64,000 bases of DNA from an uncultured delta proteobacterium (GTDB lineage Bacteria; Myxococcota_A; Polyangia; Polyangiales; Polyangiaceae), in assembly GCA_963696385.1 (NCBI GenBank), contig CAVOKF010000005.1:96001-160000 (forward strand), given 5' to 3'. Positions 39,172-48,578 of the stretch are shown piece after piece (positions within the stretch are counted from its first letter, which is position 1; every line of letters begins with the position of its first letter). Made by a program: the position numbers and the translations under genes. A model generated the notes under the pieces. The model was not told where the DNA came from. It ran no database searches and was given only the letters and a program-made list of their open reading frames with translations.

Positions 39172-41141
39172 GACGCACCCTTTCGTCGAGCCTTCATTTC
39201 GCGCACGATCCGCTCGATAAGGCCGATGCTGAACGGCTTCTCCAGGTGTCGGTTGTCGACGGATGCGAGAAACTCCGCGGCAATTCTTGTGAACGCACCG
39301 CCGGTCATGAACACGATGCTTTGCTCGAGGCCAGGATACTGCTTTCGGAGGACTCGGTAGAACTCGATCCCGTCCATACCGGGCATAACCAAGTCGCAGA
39401 AGATGACGTCAAAGGCGTCCCCGGATCGAATGGCGGCAAGCGCGTCGAAAGCGCTTGTGGTGGCAACCACGTCGTGTTCGGCAGCGAGGAGCTCCCGTAA
39501 TGTATTCGCTATCTGCGGCTCGTCGTCGAGCACGAGGACGCGCGCTCGGGCGCCAGGGCGTACCTGGACCGGCTCGTTCGGAATGGTTGCCGCGTCGCCG
39601 GGCATCACATTCGTTGTTTGCAGAACGACGTGAAACGTTGTGCCGTCGCCCGGCACGCTGTGTACGGTGATTTGCCCGCCCAGTGAGGCGACGATCCCGT
39701 GGCAAATCGATAGCCCGAGGCCCGTGCCCACCCCAAGCGGCTTCGTTGTAAAGAATGGGTCGAAGATTCTTGGCAACACTTCCGGTGGTATTCCTTCTCC
39801 GTTGTCGGCCACTTCGAGCACAGCGGACTGTTCGGAATGTGGCCTAACGTAGACGCGAATCTCGTTCGTGGCGGCGCGGGCCTCGGGAAGTGCCTGTGCC
39901 GCGTTGAGGAGCAGATTGAGGACGACCTGCTCGAGTCGCCCTTCGTTCGCCCACACGGGTCGTACAGGTTCGAACGATGTCGTGATGCGCGCCCGAGGGC
40001 GAATCTCGTGTGCAGCGAGCTTGATCGCCGACCGGACCACGGCCGCCAGGTCCAAGCCGCGCCTCGTTTCGTCGTCGGCACGCGAAAAGCTGCGGAGCTC
40101 GCGCACGATCGTGGCCACGCGCTCCGCACCGCCGCGCGCCTCGTTGAGCATCTCGGCCAGACCTTCCATGCTCTGCTGAGGCTGCCTGCCCTCGGAGAGC
40201 TTGCGGGCAATCCAATCGAGATTGAGGATGACATATGCAAGCGGGTTATTGATCTCGTGCGCGACGCCTGCAGCCAGTGTACCGAGTGCGGCCAAGCGGT
40301 CCGCCTGGATGAGCCGGGCTTCGAGCATCCTTCGCTCGGTGACGTCGCGCCCCATCGCCAGGATCGAGGGTTTGCCCTCGTATTCGAACGGCACGCTGCT
40401 GATCTCGAGGAGTAGCGTCGATCCGTCGTAGCGCCGGACGTGATACACGTACGGTGACGGAGGCAGGCCCCCGTCCATCAGGAGCCTCATTCGGGCCTCC
40501 ATCAGCACCACGTCGTTTGCGTGGACCAACTCCGAAAGTGGCACCGGGTAGAGGTCTTCCGCCGTTCGGTATCCGAGCGCCGCCACGAATGCGGCGTTCG
40601 CGTACACGATGTGCGTTTTGACGAAAATGCCGATTGGCTCCGGAGCCTTCTCGATTAACTCGCGGAAGCGAGCCTCGGCCCGAAGGTGCGCCTCCTCGGC
40701 GGCGCGGCGTGCGGTGGCATCGACGATGAACGCTACGACTGCCGGCCGGTCGTTCAGCATCGCGTCCGTGGCCGTCACGCCGATGGGCTGGCGACGCCCG
40801 TCCTGGCGAACGACCATTAGCTCGTACGACGCCTGACCTATTTCGCCGCTCGCGCGCTTCTCGAGGCGCTCCTGGACACGCGCACGATCCTCGGGCGCGA
40901 CGTGATCCAGCGGGTCGGTGCGCATGAGCTCGTCCACGGGCCAGCCGAGAATGTCGGCCGCTACGTCGCTGATATAAATATTTCGTGCTCGACCCCCTAG
41001 GTCGAAGACCGATACGGCGACGCCGATACGGGCGGCGCGCGCGGCGTCCAGCATCGTCCTGCCGAGAACGCTCAGGTCGACGCCAGGGGGGAACCGATCG
41101 GAGTAGTCGACCATCGTACGATCAGATTCGCTGCCGGACAT
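39168..41141 (-). CDS. Cytoplasmic hybrid histidine kinase (PAS-PAS-HK-REC)
   Basis: Two PAS domains, AHEINNPL, NLLLNAAQA, DNGEGI, GTGLGL, receiver LDDE..FCDLVMP..MTG..EKP. Confidence 0.93.
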   Translation of the reverse strand: MSGSESDRTMVDYSDRFPPGVDLSVLGRTMLDAARAARIGVAVSVFDLGGRARNIYISDVAADILGWPVDELMRTDPLDHVAPEDRARVQERLEKRASGEIGQASYELMVVRQDGRRQPIGVTATDAMLNDRPAVVAFIVDATARRAAEEAHLRAEARFRELIEKAPEPIGIFVKTHIVYANAAFVAALGYRTAEDLYPVPLSELVHANDVVLMEARMRLLMDGGLPPSPYVYHVRRYDGSTLLLEISSVPFEYEGKPSILAMGRDVTERRMLEARLIQADRLAALGTLAAGVAHEINNPLAYVILNLDWIARKLSEGRQPQQSMEGLAEMLNEARGGAERVATIVRELRSFSRADDETRRGLDLAAVVRSAIKLAAHEIRPRARITTSFEPVRPVWANEGRLEQVVLNLLLNAAQALPEARAATNEIRVYVRPHSEQSAVLEVADNGEGIPPEVLPRIFDPFFTTKPLGVGTGLGLSICHGIVASLGGQITVHSVPGDGTTFHVVLQTTNVMPGDAATIPNEPVQVRPGARARVLVLDDEPQIANTLRELLAAEHDVVATTSAFDALAAIRSGDAFDVIFCDLVMPGMDGIEFYRVLRKQYPGLEQSIVFMTGGAFTRIAAEFLASVDNRHLEKPFSIGLIERIVREMKARRKGAS

Positions 41142-41321
41142 ATGCCGCGTCAACCAAACGAATCCAATCCGGGCGCCTTGTCCTGCCGTAAGAAGCGGAT
41201 GTCTTCCTTGGGACGGAGTGCCATGACGCCGCTCGCCGCCGCTGAAGATCCCCTGCCCATCCACGCAACTTCGCACGTTTGCCGGGATCGAGTTGGACGC
41301 GCATCTGCAAAGCGCGAGCCC

Positions 41322-42038
41322 TCAGGGCTCCTCCCCCGGGGGCTCGAGAGTCGCCGCGTGCGCGGTCGCCCAACTGCCCCTGCGTGTAGGGTAGGCAAGC
41401 TCGCGCCGAAGAACGTCCAAAAAGTGCGCCCGGGGCCATTCTCGCGCCCCCATAGAGAGCGTATGCGATGTCGCGACCTGCGCGTCGATGACGCGATGGC
41501 CCCAGGCGGAAATCGTCTCGGCGAGGCGGACCAACGCCACCTTCGAGGCGTTGGGTCGCCAGGAAAACATGGACTCCCCGAAGAACATGCGACCGATCGA
41601 CACGCCGTAGAGTCCGCCGACGAGTTCTCCCTTTTCCCACGCCTCTACGGAGTGGGCATATCCGAGTCGATGGAGCTCCAAGTAAGCGCCCTCCATGTCT
41701 TCCGTAATCCACGTCCCGTCCTGTCCCGTGCGTGGCGTTGCCTTGCAGGCGCCGACCACGCGCGCGAACGCTTCGTCCATCCGCACATCGAACGTTGCTT
41801 TGGCGAGTTCGCGGCGGAGCGTGCGTCCAATGTGAAGCTCGTCGGCGAGCAGCACGCAGCGTGGGTCGGGGGAGTGCCACAGGATTGGTAACGACTCGTC
41901 GTACCAAGGAAAAATTCCGCAACGATAGGCAAGTAGCAGGCGCTCCGGCGAGAGATCTCCGCCGACCGCGATGAGCCCATCTTCGGCGTCTTCAGGCGGC
42001 GGAAATGCTAGCGCTCGTCCGAGAGCATACACAGGCAC
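41322..42038 (-). CDS. aat: Leucyl/phenylalanyl-tRNA--protein transferase
   Basis: GGDLSPERLL.AY..GIFPW, WHSPDPR, TWIT, AHSVE, LVGGLYG, FFGESMFS, NASKVA. Confidence 0.96.
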   Translation of the reverse strand: MPVYALGRALAFPPPEDAEDGLIAVGGDLSPERLLLAYRCGIFPWYDESLPILWHSPDPRCVLLADELHIGRTLRRELAKATFDVRMDEAFARVVGACKATPRTGQDGTWITEDMEGAYLELHRLGYAHSVEAWEKGELVGGLYGVSIGRMFFGESMFSWRPNASKVALVRLAETISAWGHRVIDAQVATSHTLSMGAREWPRAHFLDVLRRELAYPTRRGSWATAHAATLEPPGEEP

Positions 42039-42109
42039 GCGGCCGAATATAGCGCGGACTGGATAACGCTACGAAGCGACGCCGCGGGTTCCGGACGACT
42101 GCCAGCCTC

Positions 42110-43681
42110 TTACGGTGCGTTCCGGAGCCCGAGGTCTCGCAGGACGCGAACTGCGGCGTTGTGGCCCGCGCAGCCGATGACGCTGCCCGCCGGGTGAGTG
42201 CCCGCGCTGCACGAGTAGAGAGCCGCAATCGGTTGCGCATACGGTAAGCGATCGGCGAAGCCGAAGCTGTTGTCGACGTGATGGATGTGGCCACGTGTGA
42301 TGCCGAAGTGACTCTCGATCTTCGGTGGCGTGAGGGTAAACGTGTCGACGACGAGATCGCTCGTGCCCGGCGCGAAGCGGTCGCAGATCGAAAGCAGATG
42401 GCGTACGTAGCGCTCTTCTTCGTCGTCCCAGCTCCTCGTGCCGGAAAGGGCGTACGGAACCCACTGCACGAAAAGCGCTCCGCCGTGGTGACCGCGATCG
42501 TCGCGCAGGGTCGGATCGATGGTGGTATGCAGGTACCATTCAATTGCAGGAGATTCGGGAAGTCGGCCGGATCGAACATCGGCGAAGCCACGTTCGAGCG
42601 ATTCGATGACCTCGCGCTCTTCGGGGAGCAGATGAATCGTCGGCCCACCGAGGGCTTGCGGGGCCTCGAAGCCGACGCCGCAGGAGAACCGAGGAAGGCC
42701 GCGGAGTGCAAGGTTCACTTTGAGCGTTGTGCCATCGCGCTGGTATGCGTCGATGCGCGCGTTGTACGCTTCTGGAAAGCGAGACCGGCCCACGAGATCG
42801 CGCATCCGGAACGGGTCTGCGTTGCACAAGATTACAGTTGCGCGCATCTCTCTTCCGTCGTCGAGTTGAACGCCCCGAGCCGTTCCGCGCTCGACAACGA
42901 TTCGCTCGACTTTTCGCCCTGTCCGAATGATCACACCTGCGGCGCGGGCTAGGTCGGCGATGCGTTCTGCGACCGTTCCCATACCTCCCCGGACGATCAT
43001 GAACGCAGCTCCCGATCCGGGCAGCCTGCACATGTTGTGAACTAGAAAATTCATCCCGCTCCCGGGCGTGCTCCACGTTCCGCAGAGGCCCGATAGCCCA
43101 TCGGTCACGGCGTACATGGCGCGGAGCAAATCGCTGGCGAAGTCGAACCGATCCAAATACTGCCCGACCGAGCCCCGACAGAGCGCGACGAACGTTTCGC
43201 GCAGCGCGGGGCGTATGTAGCGGTCTGCTGTTTCGTCGATCGAACGTGGCTCGTCGAGCCACGCGGGTGCCACGTCCTCGCGTAGCTGCCCGAGCTCCGA
43301 TTGCAGCGCCTCATTGGCGCGCCAGTCGCGTTCCGAAAAAAATCGAAGAAGCTGCGATTTCATGGCGTCGCGGTCGGATCCGAAGAGGAGATATCGGTCT
43401 CCGGATGTGGGGAGAAAATAGTGAGGGTCGCGTCGCATGACGGGGATGTCGACGCCGAGCTTTGCGATGAGCTCGGGCGGCATGAGTCCGAGCAAATACG
43501 CTCCCGTCGAAGTGGCCAGCCCTGGGACCTTCGCGAACGGCCGCTCTGTCTTACATGCTCCTCCAACGGCATTCCGCTCCTCGACGACGGTGACGTCAAG
43601 CCCCGCTCGCGCGAGCAGTACCGCGGCAACCAGGCCGTTGTGTCCGGCACCAACGACGATCGCGCTCGGACCAGATGACAT
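42110..43681 (-). CDS. Phytoene-dehydrogenase-like FAD-dependent oxidoreductase (PYROXD2-like)
   Basis: VGAGHNGLVAA, VGGAC, STGAY, GGMG, GHIHH, LYSCSAGTHPAGSVIG..GHNAA. Confidence 0.85.
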   Translation of the reverse strand: MSSGPSAIVVGAGHNGLVAAVLLARAGLDVTVVEERNAVGGACKTERPFAKVPGLATSTGAYLLGLMPPELIAKLGVDIPVMRRDPHYFLPTSGDRYLLFGSDRDAMKSQLLRFFSERDWRANEALQSELGQLREDVAPAWLDEPRSIDETADRYIRPALRETFVALCRGSVGQYLDRFDFASDLLRAMYAVTDGLSGLCGTWSTPGSGMNFLVHNMCRLPGSGAAFMIVRGGMGTVAERIADLARAAGVIIRTGRKVERIVVERGTARGVQLDDGREMRATVILCNADPFRMRDLVGRSRFPEAYNARIDAYQRDGTTLKVNLALRGLPRFSCGVGFEAPQALGGPTIHLLPEEREVIESLERGFADVRSGRLPESPAIEWYLHTTIDPTLRDDRGHHGGALFVQWVPYALSGTRSWDDEEERYVRHLLSICDRFAPGTSDLVVDTFTLTPPKIESHFGITRGHIHHVDNSFGFADRLPYAQPIAALYSCSAGTHPAGSVIGCAGHNAAVRVLRDLGLRNAP

Positions 43682-43697
43682 CGGAGTATCGTCCGCG

Positions 43698-45137
43698 TTA
43701 GCTCCCGAGAAGCAGACGGAGCAGCCCGTTGGCAACAGTACCGTAGGGCGGACTCAGGAGTCCGCGGGTATGGATCCGCGACTGGAAAAACACGGGCTTT
43801 TTGTGAGTCAGCGCGTCGAAGCCCTCGCGTCCGCGGCATTGTCCCATCCCGCTTGGCCCGACCCCGCCGTAGGGCAAATCACTCTGCACGAATTGGAGTA
43901 GGGTCTCGTTGACCGCTACGCCCCCCGACTTCGTTCCCGTCAGGACGCGGTTGATGGATTCTCGATCGTGGCTGAAGTAGTAGAGCGCCACGGGGTGAGG
44001 GTGTGCGTTGACGTAAGCGAGCGCGTCGTCGAGCCGCGAATAGGTCTTGATCGGCAGCACCGGACCGAAGATCTCCTCCTGCATGCAGAGCATCTCGTCG
44101 GTGGGGTCGAGCACGAGTGTCGGCGCGAGCTTTCGCGCAGACGCATCGAGTGGTTCGCCCGCAGGGTTGATCTCGACGACTTCGGCACCACGCGCTTTGG
44201 CGTCGTCGACGTGACGCCTTAGGCGGACGTAGTGGGGATCGTTGACGATGGCCGTGTAGTCCGAATTCTTCTCCAGCCGCGGATACATCTCGGCGACGGC
44301 GCTTCGACACGCCTCCACGAACGGAAGCTTTGAGCTCAGCGGGACTAGCGCGTAGTCGGGCGCAACGCACGTTTGCCCCGCGTTGAAGGTTTTGCCCGCC
44401 ATGATGCGCGCCGCCGCCGTGCGTACGCTGAAGTCGGCTGCCACGATCGCGGGCGATTTTCCGCCGAGCTCCAACGTGACTGGCACGAGGTTCTCGCTCG
44501 CTGCGCGCATGACGAGCTTTCCGACGCGTGTGGACCCCGTGAACACGAGATGATCGAAGGGGAGTCGCGCGAACATTTCGCCGACCTGGGCGTCGCCCGT
44601 GACGACGGTCACGAGGTCGGCGGCGAACGTTGCGGCGACCAGGGCGCGAAGGAGCTCCGAGCTACGTGGAGAGAGCTCGCTCGGCTTGATCATGGCGCGG
44701 TTTCCGGCCGCAAGCGCGGCGACGAGCGGTGACAGGGCGGCCAGCCACGGATAGTTCCACGGCGAGATAATGCCCACCACCCCACGAGGTTGCTTGAGCA
44801 GCTCGCACCGCGACGGCAAGTTGCTCCAGTTCGCCACGCGGTCTTCCGGTTCCATCCAATCGCGAAGATGAAGCTTGGTATGTTTGATTGTGCCAAGTAT
44901 AGGGAATACATCTCCCATCAGCGACTCGTGCTTCGATCGGCCGCCGAAGTCGTTCGAAATTGCGTCGGCGATAGCGTCCTTCTGGGCGACGATCGCGCGC
45001 TGCAGTGCGTCGAGCGCGTCGATGCGCTCGTCGTGGGATAGGATGTGGGCTCGAGCCGCTTCTTTGAGGCTGACGAGGATGCCCGGCAGACAATCGGAAG
45101 GCGCGTGGTGGGTTTTCGATTCGGCGGCAGAGGTCAA
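43698..45137 (-). CDS. Aldehyde dehydrogenase, coniferyl aldehyde dehydrogenase (CalB)-like
   Basis: ISPWNYP, KPSE, FTGST, LELGGKSP, NAGQTCVAPDY, EEIFGP; AGGAG RBS before TTG 45137. Confidence 0.9.
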   Translation of the reverse strand: MTSAAESKTHHAPSDCLPGILVSLKEAARAHILSHDERIDALDALQRAIVAQKDAIADAISNDFGGRSKHESLMGDVFPILGTIKHTKLHLRDWMEPEDRVANWSNLPSRCELLKQPRGVVGIISPWNYPWLAALSPLVAALAAGNRAMIKPSELSPRSSELLRALVAATFAADLVTVVTGDAQVGEMFARLPFDHLVFTGSTRVGKLVMRAASENLVPVTLELGGKSPAIVAADFSVRTAAARIMAGKTFNAGQTCVAPDYALVPLSSKLPFVEACRSAVAEMYPRLEKNSDYTAIVNDPHYVRLRRHVDDAKARGAEVVEINPAGEPLDASARKLAPTLVLDPTDEMLCMQEEIFGPVLPIKTYSRLDDALAYVNAHPHPVALYYFSHDRESINRVLTGTKSGGVAVNETLLQFVQSDLPYGGVGPSGMGQCRGREGFDALTHKKPVFFQSRIHTRGLLSPPYGTVANGLLRLLLGS

Positions 45138-45339
45138 GCGTGGCTCCTGACGGACGCTCGCACGGCGCGGCGCGCGACCGGAGCCAGAATAGGGCCGATG
45201 GACCCGCTCGCAAGCTCCGGGTCTTTGAAGGCGACGAGCGAGTCCCAAGACGAAGACGTGCGGCCGAGTGCTCGCTTCGACTTTCTGCCGAACTCCTCAT
45301 TGCTCAAGCCTTGCCACCGTGTTACCTCGCCCTCAAGGC

Positions 45340-46209
45340 ATGGACTTCGTCGAAGCCCGGAATCTACCCGGGCACGTCGGCATCATCATGGATGGAAACG
45401 GGCGCTGGGCGCAGGTACGTGGCCAGCCACGTGCTGTCGGGCATCGCGAAGGCGCGAGCGCCGTTCGGCGCACGGTCCGAGCCGCCCGCCGCCTCGGGCT
45501 GCGCGCGCTCACGCTATACGCGTTTAGCGAACAAAACTGGGCCCGGCCCGAGGACGAGGTGGACGCGGTCATGCTTCTCTTGCGCGAATTCTTACTGAGC
45601 GAGCGCGATGAGATCCTGGACAACGGCATACGCCTGAACGCGGTAGGCAATCTCGGCCGTCTTCCGGCGCTCGTCCGAGCGGTGCTCGACCCGCTTCGCA
45701 CCGAAAGCGCACGCAACGATGAGATGACTCTGACGCTCGCGCTTTCTTATGGCGGGCGTGAAGAGATCGCGCACGCCGCACGCGAGCTGGCAATCGCGGT
45801 CGCGGCTGGCCGCATGCGCCCCGAGGAGGTGACCGCGGACGCGCTCCGCGCTCACATCCCGAGCGTATCGGTCGGTGATCCGGATCTCATCATCCGAACG
45901 GGCGGCGAGCGGCGCATCTCGAACTTCCTGCTTTACGGCTTGGCATACGCGGAGCTTCATTTTGCCGATGTGCTGTGGCCGGACTTCTGCGAACGAGATC
46001 TGTTCGCCGCCATTGCGAGCTTTCAGGGGCGCGAGCGGCGCTTCGGGCGCATCGGTGCGCCGGCGCACGCGGCTGAAGCTTCGACGCTGCATGCTGCGGG
46101 GCCTCCGTCACCCTCCGCCCACGAGCCCCTGCACGGCGGGACCTCGGTTGTGGCCGCCGGCTCCGCCGTTTCGCCCCCGTCCGGGACGATCGCGCCCATC
46201 GCGCTCTAG
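45340..46209 (+). CDS. uppS: Undecaprenyl diphosphate synthase
   Basis: HVGIIMDGNGRWA, YAFSEQNW.RP, SYGGR, DLIIRTGGE.RISNFLL, RERRFG. Confidence 0.96.
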   Translation: MDFVEARNLPGHVGIIMDGNGRWAQVRGQPRAVGHREGASAVRRTVRAARRLGLRALTLYAFSEQNWARPEDEVDAVMLLLREFLLSERDEILDNGIRLNAVGNLGRLPALVRAVLDPLRTESARNDEMTLTLALSYGGREEIAHAARELAIAVAAGRMRPEEVTADALRAHIPSVSVGDPDLIIRTGGERRISNFLLYGLAYAELHFADVLWPDFCERDLFAAIASFQGRERRFGRIGAPAHAAEASTLHAAGPPSPSAHEPLHGGTSVVAAGSAVSPPSGTIAPIAL

Positions 46210-46211
46210 CA

Positions 46212-47048
46212 ATGGCCGCGAGGGCGTCGAACCTCGGGCTCCGGGTCGCTACGGCCGCCGTTGGCGTGCCGTTCATCCTCCTTCTGCTGTATGTCGCACC
46301 GGCCTGGGCCTTTTACACGCTCGTGTTGCCTGCGGCGCTGGTGGGGGTGCACGAGCTTTTCGCAATGACTCACCCGGGCGACCGTCAGACGCAAGCGGTC
46401 GGCGTGCTCATTTCGGCCGCCGCGTCGGCGACCGTTTACTTCGAAACGAGCAATCCACGCGCGCTGATCGCGGTGCTCACGCTCGTGCCCTTGGCCGGGC
46501 CGATAGCGACACTCTGCCGTCTCGGTGCGCTTGAAACGGCCGGGCTTCGAGCGTGCGCCCTGGGATTCGGCCCGCTTTTTGTTGCCGTGCCGCTGACTTT
46601 ATTGGCCGTGATGCGCCGCACGCTGGAACCGGGCGTCGGTGCGGGGGCGGCTCTTCTCGCGCTAGGGCTAGCATGGTTCGCGGATACGGGTGCGTACTTC
46701 GCGGGTCGCTTTCTCGGACGTCACAAGCTCTACGAGGCGGTCTCTCCGAACAAGACGATCGAGGGGGCCATTGGCGGGCTCTTTGCCGGCGTATTTTGGG
46801 CCGTGGCTGCATCGCTTTCCTACTTGGCGGGTGCTCTGCCGGTCGGGCATGCCGTGATCCTTGGCCTTGTGGCGGGCGCTCTTGGCCAGGCTGGAGATCT
46901 CGGCGAGTCGCTGCTCAAGCGATCGATGGGTGTAAAGGATTCGGGGGCGATTGTCCCGGGCCATGGGGGGGTCCTCGATCGCGTTGATGCGGTGATCGTA
47001 ACCGCCGTGATTGTGTATCTCTATGCGCAGTGGGCCTGGGGCGCCTGA
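46212..47048 (+). CDS. cdsA: Phosphatidate cytidylyltransferase
   Basis: DTGAYFAG, SPNKTIEG, GDL.ES.LKR..GVKDSG..PGHGGVLDRVD. Confidence 0.96.
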   Translation: MAARASNLGLRVATAAVGVPFILLLLYVAPAWAFYTLVLPAALVGVHELFAMTHPGDRQTQAVGVLISAAASATVYFETSNPRALIAVLTLVPLAGPIATLCRLGALETAGLRACALGFGPLFVAVPLTLLAVMRRTLEPGVGAGAALLALGLAWFADTGAYFAGRFLGRHKLYEAVSPNKTIEGAIGGLFAGVFWAVAASLSYLAGALPVGHAVILGLVAGALGQAGDLGESLLKRSMGVKDSGAIVPGHGGVLDRVDAVIVTAVIVYLYAQWAWGA

Positions 47049-47173
47049 ACGGCTATCCTCAGGCTGCGGGCCGTGCGCAGGGAACTGCGCCGTTCCGCGC
47101 GGGTCATCATCCGCACTGACGCACCCTTGGATTTCCCACGAGGATGACCCGACTCGTCGCACCGGAGCAAACG

Positions 47174-48526
47174 ATGAACGAAAAGCTTTCGCCGGACCTG
47201 ACGGGTCCAAGTGTCGGGACGAGTGCGGTATCCACGGCGCCTCCCTCGAGGACGCACGGGGCCGCCGCCAAGGAGTACGATTTTTACAAGGTTGTCCAAG
47301 ATTATCTCGAGCGGGCCGGCCGGATCGCCAAGATCGAGCCTTACGTGCAAACGATCCTGAGCCAGCCGAAGAACGAACTGATCGTGAATTTCCCGGTCAG
47401 GATGGATAGCGGCGATGTGCGCCTCTTCAAAGGCTACCGGGTGCAGCACAACAATCTGCTCGGCCCATTCAAGGGGGGCATGCGCTATCACCCCCAGGTT
47501 GCGCTCGACGACGTAAAGGCCCTCGCCGCAATGATGACGTGGAAGTCGGCACTCATGCGGCTTCCCTTCGGCGGTGGCAAGGGCGGGATCAAGTTCGACC
47601 CTCACTCGGTGTCCAAGCAAGAGCTCCAGCGGATCACCCGCCGCTTCACGCACGCCCTCGGCGAGAACATCGGCCCCGAATACGACATTCCGGCGCCCGA
47701 CGTCGGGACGAACGGTCAGATCATGGCGTGGATGATGGACACGTTCTCGAATATGGTGGGCTCCGCGCAAAAGCAGATGGTCAAGGGCGTGGTCACCGGA
47801 AAACCCGTCGCGAGCGGCGGCACGCTCGGCCGTCAGAAGGCCACCGGCCAAGGCCTCGTCTTCTGTCTCCTTGAATGGGCGAAGGAAAAGGGCTTCAATC
47901 TCGAAGGCGCGACGATGCTTGTCCAGGGCTATGGGAATGTCGGCTCGAACACAGCGGTTATTCTCGCGAAGCTCGGGGTGTCGACCATCGCCGTCGGCGA
48001 CCACACGGGATACGCCTATAACCCGGAAGGGTTCAATGCGCATAAGCTTCAGGACTACGTCGAAGCGCACGGCAGTATCGGCGGCTACCCGGGAGGCAAG
48101 GCCATCACGCGCGAGGAGTTTTTTTCGACGAAGGCAGACATCTTCGCCCCGTGCGCACTGGAGAATCAGATCGGCGAAGCAGAGGCCAAGTCGCTGGACG
48201 TGAAGCTCGTCGTCGAAGGAGCCAATGGCCCGACCAACCCGGCCGGCGAGCGCATTTTGAGCGACAAGGGCGTCGACATCTTGCCCGATGTCCTCGCGAA
48301 CTCGGGTGGAGTGACCGTCAGCTACTACGAATGGGTGCAAAACAAGCGCTCCGAAATGTGGACGGAGGAGGAAGTCGACGCTCGACTCGAAGTCGCGATG
48401 AAGCGCGCATTCCGCGAAGTCAGCGATTTTGCGCGTCAGAAACGTTGCGACCTGCGCATCGCGGCATATGCGCTGGCCCTTCAGCGGATCGAGGCAGTTT
48501 ACAAAGAGCGTGAGATTTTTCCGTAA
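47174..48526 (+). CDS. gdhA: Glu/Leu/Phe/Val dehydrogenase (glutamate dehydrogenase)
   Basis: GPFKGGMRYHP, MTWK, GGGKGG, PAPDVGT, VTGKP, QGYGNVG, EGANGP, ANSGGVTVSYYEW; GGAG before ATG 47174 (47144 also possible). Confidence 0.93.
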   Translation: MNEKLSPDLTGPSVGTSAVSTAPPSRTHGAAAKEYDFYKVVQDYLERAGRIAKIEPYVQTILSQPKNELIVNFPVRMDSGDVRLFKGYRVQHNNLLGPFKGGMRYHPQVALDDVKALAAMMTWKSALMRLPFGGGKGGIKFDPHSVSKQELQRITRRFTHALGENIGPEYDIPAPDVGTNGQIMAWMMDTFSNMVGSAQKQMVKGVVTGKPVASGGTLGRQKATGQGLVFCLLEWAKEKGFNLEGATMLVQGYGNVGSNTAVILAKLGVSTIAVGDHTGYAYNPEGFNAHKLQDYVEAHGSIGGYPGGKAITREEFFSTKADIFAPCALENQIGEAEAKSLDVKLVVEGANGPTNPAGERILSDKGVDILPDVLANSGGVTVSYYEWVQNKRSEMWTEEEVDARLEVAMKRAFREVSDFARQKRCDLRIAAYALALQRIEAVYKEREIFP

Positions 48527-48578
48527 TCGGCCCACGTTCAGCCCATGTGGGGAATCTGGATCGCCACACGCTCATCGG

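Noticed and set aside
47021..48535. 504-aa ORF antisense to gdh
   Set aside because: Mirror-frame shadow typical of GC-rich, codon-biased genes; no recognisable motifs.
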